Shown: one piece after another, positions 9,637 through 19,158 of the stretch | Position numbering within the stretch: position 1 is the stretch's first letter | Layout of the letters: every line of letters starts with the position of its first letter | Source: Trichomonas gallinae | Taxonomy: Eukaryota | Direction of reading: 5' to 3' | Assembly: GCA_008369845.1 (NCBI GenBank) | Contig: MRSU01011470.1 | Coordinates: 1 to 33,190, forward strand | DNA length: 33,190 nucleotides | The notes under the pieces: generated by a model | The model's input: only the letters and a program-made list of their open reading frames with translations | The model's database searches: none | Told to the model about the DNA's origin: nothing | Position numbers and translations under genes: made by a program

Positions 9637-10809
9637 ATGGATGATGAGTCTAAGCTTCTCGCTGAATATACGCGGAAGCTTTTGACGGAGAAACCATCGC
9701 GTTACAACATACCAGTGAAATATTATCCCAAACTTAAGCAGATCCTTGATGTTATGAAGCAAACTGCGATAAGTGATGGGCAAGTTGAAGTCGTTAAGTC
9801 GATACATAGGGCAATGGCTTATCTAGACACATCAAAATCAGCTCCTACGTCACCAATGCAATCATCTCATAGGCCAAAATCAACGATCGGTGTTAGAAAG
9901 AAAAAGAATTCCTTCCAATATCCTAATACTCCTGTAAAACAAACTCCAGAAGAGTTATCAAGGAAAATTGAGGATGGTTATCGTTTTAATCCTCATCATT
10001 CTGATATTCTTCCAGAAATTATTCAAACTCAAAAAGATCGAATTAAAAAACTCATTGAAGAAGGAAAATACGAAGAAGCAGATGAACAGGAGAAGCTTCG
10101 CCAATATACATCAAGCATTGTCGAGCCCAAAAGGAAGATTCTCAAAAATCTGGATCTGAAGTCAAATTTACTCAATAAACTCACGCAAAGAGAAATGAAA
10201 CTAAACGAAACCATCCAGAAATTCAAAGATGACTTAAACGAAAGCAACGAAACAAAGAAAAAATTAATCGACGAAGAAAACGAACGATTCGAAAAAGAAA
10301 TGGAAGATTTCGACCGAGTTACGTATGGAGAAATACCACTCAGTCACAGAAACTTTAGCCCTCATTATTTAAATTTACGAAAGCAGCAGGACTTCCTTGT
10401 CTTGACGAAGCGATACGGAGAAGCTGCCAAAATTCGCTCCATAGCTGACGCAGAAGAAGAGAAAGAAATGCAAAGAATTCGTACAAATTGGTTATCATAT
10501 CGAAAAAATCTTCGAATTACAGCGGAAGCTGAGCATATTCGTAAGCTCAAGACAATAATAGATCGTAGAGAAATACTTGACGAAAAAATGGAACAAAAAA
10601 ATGAATTCTCAGTCGAATCAACACGAAAAGCAATGAATTTACTTACAGATCAGGTAAATAGTATAGATGATATAAGCATTGGAATGGATCCAGAACCATA
10701 TCAAAAACCTCAGCCAAAACCTGTCCATAAACAGCCATATGTGCCTCGAGAAAGGCATCTGATACGTCCAAACCAAGCTGTTTGGAATACTGACAAAAAT
10801 GCGAAATAA
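9637..10809 (+). CDS. Hypothetical coiled-coil protein with UVR-like 'Y-x-x-A' helical-hairpin motifs
   Basis: 390-aa ORF with motifs KLIEEGKYEEADEQ and FSPHYLNLRKQQDFLVLTKRYGEAAKIR between long coiled coils. Same architecture as 30953..32854. Confidence 0.85.
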   Translation: MDDESKLLAEYTRKLLTEKPSRYNIPVKYYPKLKQILDVMKQTAISDGQVEVVKSIHRAMAYLDTSKSAPTSPMQSSHRPKSTIGVRKKKNSFQYPNTPVKQTPEELSRKIEDGYRFNPHHSDILPEIIQTQKDRIKKLIEEGKYEEADEQEKLRQYTSSIVEPKRKILKNLDLKSNLLNKLTQREMKLNETIQKFKDDLNESNETKKKLIDEENERFEKEMEDFDRVTYGEIPLSHRNFSPHYLNLRKQQDFLVLTKRYGEAAKIRSIADAEEEKEMQRIRTNWLSYRKNLRITAEAEHIRKLKTIIDRREILDEKMEQKNEFSVESTRKAMNLLTDQVNSIDDISIGMDPEPYQKPQPKPVHKQPYVPRERHLIRPNQAVWNTDKNAK

Positions 10810-11130
10810 TGTTTGTAATAAAACCATGTTGTTTGTTTTTTATTAACAGATAGTAATTATTTCATGATATATATTAACAAACAAAGCTCTTTATCAAATA
10901 ATAACAAAAATAAATTTATGAAACAAAAGAAAATGAATGCAATCAACATGTAAACATCATAACTTTGGATTTCTTGGCTCAGATAGATTGTAACACCAAT
11001 TAAAATGCAGAAAAATTTACATTTTGAATCGAATAATAAATAAAATTGCATTTGGTATGTAATTAGTTAAGTGGTGTTTCATTATACATTAGTACTCTTC
11101 AAACTTCGAATTTGTTGTTGTTAATAGAAA

Positions 11131-11835
11131 TTATGCATCAGATTTCTTTTCTTCGTTTTCCTCTGTTGGTTTCTGCTCTGGTGCAATTCTTGCAACGATT
11201 TCTTTCATCTTATCATCAAGTGCACGAAGAGTGGCTGGTCGTAATTTTGTTAAATCAAGTGGAATTGTTAAAGCTGATCCAATAACTTCGGGTTGTAATT
11301 CGCGTAGTAGTGAAATCAATATCATTTGGTTTTCTGGTTGAGTAATTATTGCATTATTTTTCTTCACGCGAGCGTATATTTCTTCATTCACAAGTTGATC
11401 GATAACATTCTTTCCCAAGTCCAAACCTGAATGAGGATATTTAGATTTGGCTGGATTCAAGAGTAAATCTTGAATTTTATTTCTTTTGTTTGAAACGAAA
11501 GTCATCCATATTGGTTTCTCGAACTGCATCATTATCTTTTTGACTATTTTTTCAAAAAACAATGATGCTTTGGCTATAATTGAATCTTCAGGAAAATATT
11601 TTTGGGCATTTTCGAAAATAAGATCAACATCCTTTTTGAATTCCTGTAATTCTTTATACTCGTTGTTTTTTACTTTGTTTTCAATGATTAAAAAAGAAAT
11701 TGGATTTTGAATCTTTTGTTCGTAGTCAGCTCCTGTCTCCTTGTTGTCTGTCATTTGTCTGTAGAAGAAATCAGACAGAGGATGCTGCTTGATTTGGTTC
11801 AGTATGTCCATCATAATATCTGTTTGTGCACTCAT
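11131..11835 (-). CDS. Bromodomain protein with C-terminal ET-like domain (BET/GTE-like)
   Basis: HPLSDFF...DYEQKIQNPISFLIIENKVKNNEY...FKKDVDLIFENAQKY is a bromodomain. The C-terminal IPLDLTKLRPATLRAL resembles the ET consensus IDxxxLxPxTLRxL. Inr-like TCATT lies just upstream of the ATG. Confidence 0.88.
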   Translation of the reverse strand: MSAQTDIMMDILNQIKQHPLSDFFYRQMTDNKETGADYEQKIQNPISFLIIENKVKNNEYKELQEFKKDVDLIFENAQKYFPEDSIIAKASLFFEKIVKKIMMQFEKPIWMTFVSNKRNKIQDLLLNPAKSKYPHSGLDLGKNVIDQLVNEEIYARVKKNNAIITQPENQMILISLLRELQPEVIGSALTIPLDLTKLRPATLRALDDKMKEIVARIAPEQKPTEENEEKKSDA

Positions 11836-12483
11836 TTTTCGCTAATGACGGTTTTTTCGTCCAATATTAAGCAAATCGGCATTATAAACATTACAACATA
11901 TTATATTTGAATTTTAAAAAATTATACATTATTCAAAATTCTAATTTTCCATTTAATTTTCGTCTATTTTTACTATACAAAATAAAAAATTCATTTTTTA
12001 TTATCATTTTCAAATGAGAATTCTCATGTTTTTACTTGAAATCAACATAAAAATAAAGTATTTCTTTTTTTATAAGTCCATTACAATCAAAATATACCGA
12101 AATATAACTTGGTTTTCGCTTGATAATATTGATATAATAGGGAATCATTTTTTTATAATATATATGTTGTTTTTAAAAGACAGTGACAACAATTGCAGTT
12201 ATAATTAGTCTTTAATCAATGAGTTTCCCTGATAATTATTTCAATTGAAAAATATTGAAATATATAAAACTTCTATAAGTAAGATTAGTTAATATGTTGC
12301 ATAAATAAGCATTTTTCTAACTCGAGAATATGGATTTGTAAATTAATAAAAAAATTCTCGAAATTGACTTTTGAATAGCTTGTAAAGCTTCTGGGATCCA
12401 GAAGGATGAGCTAAATGTATAAATTTTCGCGAAATTTGTGTGTTTTGATGTTTTTTTGATTTATAATTATTAGAATGTAGATT

Positions 12484-13038
12484 CTACTTGACTGAAGGAG
12501 AATTAGATGAAGAAGGGCCTGGATTTAAGTTAATGTAAATCTCAAAACCATTTTTTAATTCGCGATAAAAATCGATGAGGCCAAGATCCATCATAGCTTC
12601 ACGGGCAGCCGTTAATGTGTTTTGAACATGCTCGGCGTTGTAATCAATGAATTTATAGAATATCTTCAACTGGTCGTCTGGTTTGAGGTTTGAGATAAGT
12701 TGGTATATCATGATTTTCTTGTTGATAGGAGACAATCCGACGAAACTATCGTTAAATTCTAACGAAGAATATTTTTGATCTTCAACTTTTTTATCAGGGT
12801 TTTTAACGAGATTGAGTGGCCGTACGTAATGTCTCCTCTCTTTTAAATACTTTCTGCAACTCATATCATCATTTCCTTCGTTTTGAAATTCTGTTTCTAA
12901 CCAAGTATGATATTCATAGTCATTTTGATATCCAAATCCATCCTTATAGGACTTGTATTTATTGGCCAGTTCATCTGCAGTTGGATACTGCGTGAAATCA
13001 GAACCTTTAAGTTCTGGATTTTGTGGTTCAAAATACAT
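12484..13038 (-). CDS. Hypothetical protein
   Basis: 184-aa ATG ORF preceded by an Inr TCATTTT (minus strand, 13044-13050). No recognisable domain. Confidence 0.7.
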   Translation of the reverse strand: MYFEPQNPELKGSDFTQYPTADELANKYKSYKDGFGYQNDYEYHTWLETEFQNEGNDDMSCRKYLKERRHYVRPLNLVKNPDKKVEDQKYSSLEFNDSFVGLSPINKKIMIYQLISNLKPDDQLKIFYKFIDYNAEHVQNTLTAAREAMMDLGLIDFYRELKNGFEIYINLNPGPSSSNSPSVK

Positions 13039-13120
13039 CTACAAAAATGATATAAATAAAAATAATCATAATTTTTTTATAGTCATTTTATATATTTCTC
13101 GAGTTTTGATTATTTTTCAT
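13039..13120. promoter_or_regulatory. 82-bp bidirectional core promoter with initiator (Inr) motifs on both strands
   Basis: TCATTTT on the minus strand at 13044-13050 and on the plus strand at 13083-13089, between head-to-head ATGs at 13038 (-) and 13121 (+). Confidence 0.6.
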
Positions 13121-14539
13121 ATGATCAGATTCAAGTATTTTCCGACAAATTACGAGTTCTTTATTGCTTATGCACTTATACTATCGATACTTAGTCTAGA
13201 AGTATACCTTACGCATTACATTAAGCCACTTCCATCATTTTTTTCGTTTTCTTCATCGCCAATGATAACAAATGAAGGCAAATTCTTGGAATTTACGTTA
13301 TGGAGAAACATATCGAATCTAAAGTTCAAGCAGAAATCAAACGGAGCATCAGTTGATATCGAAATAAATAGATTTTGCAAGGGTAAGCATTGCAAAATTC
13401 CACTAGTTGTCGGAGGAAACTCAAAATTAACCATAAATACGCAATCATACATGCTATTTTCAAAGCATTTCACACTTCCAAATTTAAGTTTTTCATGTAT
13501 AGGTGAAGATTGGGATACGCGGTTATGCCAGGCTAAGAATACATGCAAAAAAGATCTCAAACTTTACATTAAAAGTCCCTATGATATTAATTTCGATAAT
13601 ACCTTGCTTTCTATTGGATTTAAAGCTCCTCCCATTGATGTCGCAATACACAAGTTTAAAGAGAAGTTTAGAGTCACTAATGAAGAATTTGGAGACTCTG
13701 TTTTCATTCCAAAACGAACTTTTCTATTTGGACCAGATATATTAGATTCAACATTATATACTGATATATTTAGTAACATATTACCACTGTACTTGTCAAT
13801 AACAAAATATTTCGAATTTTCAAGAAAATATCAAATCTCTGTATTCGAAGAAAGGTTCAAATTCCCTTTACTAATCAACCTTCTCTTCGACAAACAGATA
13901 CAGCCACTAAAAGAATACGAATGCTACGAGCAACTGATAATGGGCGGCGAAAAATTCATTTTTGGTGATGATAATTTGATTTTCAACTACAAAATACTTC
14001 CGAACCAAACAATACCATTCAGGAGCGAAATACTACAAGCACTGGACCTGAATTATACGGAAAAGCCATACATTATACTGCATAACGACAATTCGCTGAA
14101 AAACGAAGAAAAAATCAAACAAATACTTGAAAAACATTATCCAAATCATGAAATTCGCAAAGTGAATTTGGCGTCAACGAACAAAGTGAAGCAAATAAAG
14201 CTCCTGGCGAATGCAGACGCATTTATAGGTCCAATATCGAAATCTCTCGGAAATGCGATTTGGATGAAACCAGGATCTACATTCATTGAGCTTAATCCTT
14301 ATAACTGCACGTGTGTGGATTCCTATGAATCTATAGCAAAAGGCGCTGGATTAAAATACATTAAATACATAGCATCATTTGAAAGTGAAAAACCAAAAAC
14401 TGAGAGCAAAATTCTTGAAAAATGCTGGGGAAATAAGGATGAGTGCAAGTCATTGATGTGCTACACGAACTTGATAGAGCAAGAAGTTAGTATCGATCCA
14501 GATAATTTCGAAAAATTCTTGAGTGATCGCTTAAAATAA
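13121..14539 (+). CDS. Type II membrane glycosyltransferase family 61 (DUF563)-like protein
   Basis: First ATG is at 13121 (MIRFKY...), followed by a signal anchor FFIAYALILSILSLEVYL. The C-terminal QIKLLANADAFIGPISKSLGNAIWMKPGSTFIELNP...YESIAKGAGLKY matches the GT61 pattern Q..L...AD..IGxHGAGLxN..FM.PG..VIEL.P...Y..LA...GL.Y. Confidence 0.8.
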   Translation: MIRFKYFPTNYEFFIAYALILSILSLEVYLTHYIKPLPSFFSFSSSPMITNEGKFLEFTLWRNISNLKFKQKSNGASVDIEINRFCKGKHCKIPLVVGGNSKLTINTQSYMLFSKHFTLPNLSFSCIGEDWDTRLCQAKNTCKKDLKLYIKSPYDINFDNTLLSIGFKAPPIDVAIHKFKEKFRVTNEEFGDSVFIPKRTFLFGPDILDSTLYTDIFSNILPLYLSITKYFEFSRKYQISVFEERFKFPLLINLLFDKQIQPLKEYECYEQLIMGGEKFIFGDDNLIFNYKILPNQTIPFRSEILQALDLNYTEKPYIILHNDNSLKNEEKIKQILEKHYPNHEIRKVNLASTNKVKQIKLLANADAFIGPISKSLGNAIWMKPGSTFIELNPYNCTCVDSYESIAKGAGLKYIKYIASFESEKPKTESKILEKCWGNKDECKSLMCYTNLIEQEVSIDPDNFEKFLSDRLK

Positions 14540-14944
14540 ATTGTTTGTTATATTTTAAGATATATTACTCAGTTATAATCAATATATATGTTATTTTTAG
14601 AATATCACAAAGAAAATTAGGCAAAATAAATAAAATGCTAATGGATGATAGGATATGTAGCATACTGTTGATGAATATGGAAATAGAGTTCAGTCTTCTT
14701 TAAGATTGGCTTAGATTTCAAAGTCACATCGCCCAATGTATGATTTTATGTTTAAAATCTTCGAACTTATCTAGATACAATAAGCTCAAAGAAATGACGC
14801 AAAGGTCTGTAATGCATTTATGAAAAATCAATGTCTTCGATTCTTTGTAAATTGTTTTGGTAAACAGTCTACGCGTGTATAAATATCAACTATTTAAATA
14901 ACAAATAACAATACTTGATAAAATCACGTATGATAATCGGCCTA

Positions 14945-15424
14945 TTAAATTAAAAGCAGTAGAGTTGTTCCTATAACAGTGAGTGCTGTAAAAGTGATTC
15001 TTTTAATGTTTTTCGCGAGCTTCGGATTCTTTTTCGTGAAGTACAAATAGAAAAGAAATCCGGAAAATGGGCAAATTGCTACAGCACTGTAAATAAAAAG
15101 TTCTTTAATATACTTCTTATCAATGTGAGTACTTAATTCTCTGACAGTATGTGATTGTTGCAGTAGTTGATCAAGAGATTCGATTGGAAAACCAGGTGGT
15201 AATGGATGATCTAATTCTATTTTTTGTCCATTCTTCAGTGTATATATAAATTTCTGGTTGAGCTGATCTATAGGTGGTGGAACATCGAAATTAGAGATAT
15301 TGCATAAAATTTCTGGTGTGGGTATGACATAGTCGCATTTAATTTCAGTAGGATAGTAACAATCTCCATATGGATTGACACACTCATCAGTTTCATAGTA
15401 ATATTGGGTAGAGAGGTTCGGCAT
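14945..15424 (-). CDS. Hypothetical protein with two C-terminal transmembrane segments
   Basis: First ATG is at 15424 (MPNLSTQYY...). Hydrophobic segments LFIYSAVAICPFSGFLFYLYF and ITFTALTVIGTTLLLLI are separated by a basic loop. Confidence 0.6.
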   Translation of the reverse strand: MPNLSTQYYYETDECVNPYGDCYYPTEIKCDYVIPTPEILCNISNFDVPPPIDQLNQKFIYTLKNGQKIELDHPLPPGFPIESLDQLLQQSHTVRELSTHIDKKYIKELFIYSAVAICPFSGFLFYLYFTKKNPKLAKNIKRITFTALTVIGTTLLLLI

Positions 15425-17405
15425 TGTCAGTATATATTTAAATTTTAGTTTTTTTGATAAGTCTCTCAAATATTGATTTCTCTCAAATTTTGAATAATTA
15501 AAACAGTTAGATTATAACCGAAATTTTAATTAAAATATGATCTACACATACATCTAGATATGTCGAAGTGTATGCGCTCTCAATCATGTTTTCAATTTTC
15601 ACATAACAACTATAAATAAATGATATATGATGTAAAATAATTCTATTTGCTGTAAATCATTTTCTGAGTTATTAATAATTGTGCTACATTCAAAATTGAA
15701 TTCTTGAACGTAGAGATAGTTCATATTTTGTTTATTACCTTATAATAAATAAAATTATCATTTTTGTAAAAATAATCAATTTTTTGTGTTTAATCAAAAA
15801 ATATTATATATTATCATATCTTCATCTTTGAAATAAAATTCATGGTCACTAAATTTGATCACACGTTTTTTCCTCACAATATTTTTGAATGAATCTAAAA
15901 AAATTTTAGTCTGCTTCTCTTAATTATCATATAAAAAGTAGTAAAGTGAAAGATTTTGAAATGCCACGTTTTCGTTTCATGCTTATTTTCAGTAGTTTAC
16001 ATGAGCGGTCTAAAATCATAGAACTCTGAATTTCATAACGTACATCCGATCACTTAATATGAAATTAACAATCATTTCATTTGTATAATTATGCATTACT
16101 ATGTCATTAAAAGCGATATTTTTTACCCAACTGATATATTTTCAATTTGTGAGGATGATAACCAAAATTTTACTTACGATTATTTTCTATTCAAAATTTA
16201 ATGTACTTTAAATTAAAAATAATAATAAGCTAGAGATATGAAATATTTTGCACATTTTCATATTTGCTGGCGCGCCCGTATTATGTGCAAAATCAAAAAA
16301 TTGACATTAATTATGTCAGATTGACAATCGATTTGCTCTTAGATTAATAAGCTATAATATTCGAAACTGAGTTGATTTCTGTTATTCTCATCATATCAGC
16401 TTCGTAATTTAATACAATAGTTGAAACATCTGAATGATTGTCCACATCGATGAATGAAAAGCACCATCTTTTCTCGCATATATACACGAAAAACTATTAG
16501 GAGATTGCCTTAAATGGTTTAACAATCATTTATCGATCAATATTCGTAAAATATTCGATAATTTTTTGAAAGAATAGCACCTAGCGTTCATTCTTGCCGT
16601 AAGATGCAATAACTTCTTTTCATCTTATCGTATACTATCACCAAACTATCATATTATACTATAACTTAAAATCAATAACCGAAATCGGCTAAACCAAGCT
16701 TAATGCCAGCTCAGTTTTGATTGATTCCATTTCAGATATGTAATTACACCTCCAATACGCGATATTTGTTCGGTAAATTAAAATATGGAGTTGACATATT
16801 TTTTCGCAGCAAAATAATGCGATTAATACTCATCAATTGCCATCGTACTTGATTTGCTCTAAACGATACTGTCATCAATTGCATGCGAATCCAATAAAAA
16901 TGTTACGACTTCGGATATTATAAACGCTTCAAATATTTGCTTTGTAAACTTAAATATTTTGACATTAAATCATTTTTTGACATGTAAAACATTTTAGTCA
17001 AAAATGGACACTTGAAAATTCATCTCCTCTTTATTTAGATACCAAAGAGTCTGCCAACCACTTAAGAATTGATTATAAAAGTATGAAGAATTTTTATGAG
17101 TATCAAATAAAAATCAAAATATCAAGACAATAAGTTCATTTATAAAAACACATTTTATGGCAAAATCATTCCGCATAGTTTTATCTATATGTATGTACTA
17201 ACTTCCATGGTTTTGCATCTTAATATGTTATGCAATAAACGTGTTTTTTTCATCTCTCGAGAGCTTGCCTTTATTCACAAATGTATACAATAATTTTTTG
17301 ATATTTTCTAGTATGTGACCTTTATGGTCATACTGTATCTACACCCGTAATTTGGAGGGATACTGTTGGGATTATATGTTTTTTTAAACTTTCCATATAA
17401 TTTTT

Positions 17406-17526
17406 TTTACAATTTACATGTCATAAAATTAAAAATAATATTGTTATGTTTTTGTTGGATTCAATATTAATCCTTTTTCGTTTAACAATTTAAGATGTTT
17501 ACAATTTACATGTCATAAATTTAAAA
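17406..17526 (+). repeat. 29-bp direct repeat (1 mismatch) upstream of GCN5 containing TTACATGTCA
   Basis: TTTACAATTTACATGTCATAAA(A/T)TTAAAA at 17406-17434 and 17498-17526. Confidence 0.85.
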
Positions 17527-17616
17527 TGTCTCTTTTTCAATTAATTTCAATTTTTCCAAGATATTTATACATAGATAAAGTGGTATCTGATTTTTAAAAC
17601 GAAAACATAGAATTAC

Positions 17617-17630
17617 AGCGGTTTTTCACC
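17617..17630 (+). promoter_or_regulatory. Trichomonas M3-like core promoter motif plus Inr-like TCAC before GCN5
   Basis: AGCGGTTT (17617-17624) fits the M3 consensus [AGT][AG]C[GC]G[TC]T[TAG] as I recall it. TCACC is at 17626-17630 and the ATG at 17632. Confidence 0.45.
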
Positions 17631-17631
17631 A

Positions 17632-18858
17632 ATGGACGAGAACTCGGAGTGCCATGCACGGCTCTCTTGGTTCTCACGGTCCCCTGACGTTAGGCAGCGT
17701 GTGTTCCATCCAGGGCTTCGTCACCCTTCGAGATTAAACACAAAACCGAAGCCTTGGATTAGGCCTCCTGACCAAAATCCAGATATTCAGCTAAAACTCG
17801 CGCATAATAGATTCACTTCTCACGCACAAATGTTAATGCAATTGTCCGACGCTAAAAATATATTTTCTCGACAATTACCAAATATGGGCTCCGCTTACAT
17901 CGCGCGCTTAGTTTTTGACGTCGAAGCAGAGACAGTGATGGTCCTGCATCGTGGACGCGTTATGGCCGGCATCTGTTCTCGCTTATTCATGAAAGAAGAA
18001 TTCGTTGAAATCGTTTTTTGCGCTGTAGATTGCACACTACAGTCACGAGGATACGGTAGAATAGCTATGAACTTCCTCAAAGACGTGCTGCAGACGCACG
18101 AACTCTATGATATTTTAACATGCGCTGATAATGAAGCTGTAACTTATTTCAAGAAGCAAGGTTTCAACAGCAAAGAAATTCTAATTGATCCGAAAAGATG
18201 GGTTGGCTGCATTAAAGACTACGAAGGCATCACTTTAGTTCATTGTCATATTGCACCGGATGTTGACTATTCTATGATGCCCCAGGTTATTGCGAAACAA
18301 ATAGCACTCCTTTCTAAGAAGACAGGAATTAAAATTCATCAGATGCCGCGCGATTTTGACTTTACATGGAATGGATATCAACAAAGACCGACATTTATAT
18401 CAATTCCTATTCCTAAATTACTTAAGGGAGCTATTAATGCACAGCCACCCGAAGATTATGATAAAAAAATGGAATCAATTCGATCGAAAGTTATTAAAAT
18501 CTTGCAGGCGATGAAAGCAGACAAAAGATTCGGTTTGACATTCATTAGACCAGTTACAGAAGATATAGCGCCTGGATATTTCACGAAAATTCCAAAACCA
18601 ATGGATTTTTTAACAATCGAAAAACGTCTTGCGAAGTTCCCAGATTACTACAAATCACCATATCTTCTGGCCAAAGATATTCAGCTTATGTGTATGAATT
18701 GCCAAAAATTCAATTCTCCAGATACAATATTTTTCAAGCAGGCTAATGAGGCCATGTCTGCGTTTATAGAGCTTTACAATCAGGAGTTCCCTGAGTATCC
18801 GCTTCCTCAGGAGTTGAGCATCCTTCCTCCACCTCCTCCTCAAAAATCTTCGAAATAA
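17632..18858 (+). CDS. GCN5: GCN5-type histone acetyltransferase with C-terminal bromodomain
   Basis: KNIFSRQLPNMGSAYIARLVFD; FVEIVFCAV with the catalytic Glu; acetyl-CoA motif QSRGYG; LTCADNEAVTYFKKQGF; GCIKDYEG. The bromodomain FIRPV...APGYFTKIPKPMDF...NCQKFN retains its conserved Asn. Confidence 0.96.
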   Translation: MDENSECHARLSWFSRSPDVRQRVFHPGLRHPSRLNTKPKPWIRPPDQNPDIQLKLAHNRFTSHAQMLMQLSDAKNIFSRQLPNMGSAYIARLVFDVEAETVMVLHRGRVMAGICSRLFMKEEFVEIVFCAVDCTLQSRGYGRIAMNFLKDVLQTHELYDILTCADNEAVTYFKKQGFNSKEILIDPKRWVGCIKDYEGITLVHCHIAPDVDYSMMPQVIAKQIALLSKKTGIKIHQMPRDFDFTWNGYQQRPTFISIPIPKLLKGAINAQPPEDYDKKMESIRSKVIKILQAMKADKRFGLTFIRPVTEDIAPGYFTKIPKPMDFLTIEKRLAKFPDYYKSPYLLAKDIQLMCMNCQKFNSPDTIFFKQANEAMSAFIELYNQEFPEYPLPQELSILPPPPPQKSSK

Positions 18859-19158
18859 AGAATAGATACTATCATGTTTGAACCAAATACAAAAATATTG
18901 CAATGCGTTTTTTTTTATTTTTATACCAAACATATAAAATATATTATATTATTTTGAATTTGGCTTTTTGCCGATGAAGTCCATTTTCTAGCTGCCATGC
19001 TCATCGAGATGGATGTAGTAAAAGCAGACATGAAAAAATACAATCTGACTTTACATGTCAGTTTTATATTTTACACGTCAGAATATCATTATTTCCTATA
19101 CTACATCTTTTTTTGAAACAAATGGTGAAAAAATATGCTCTAGCTTTTCGAAATAGTC

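Noticed and set aside
12953..13120. N-terminal extension of the GT61-like ORF overlapping the minus-strand gene
   Set aside because: Starts at TTG and crosses an A/T-only promoter. The eukaryotic start is the ATG at 13121, followed by a signal anchor.
14640..14885. Coding-looking stretch between convergent genes (VDEYGNRVQSSL...)
   Set aside because: Multiple in-frame stops and no recognisable family, so a pseudogene call cannot be supported.
15425..15469. Extension of the minus-strand ORF to a TTG start
   Set aside because: Non-ATG start; the first ATG is at 15424.
16330..16950. Mixed-composition stretch that could be a decayed gene or transposon
   Set aside because: No sustained frame or identifiable motif on either strand by eye.
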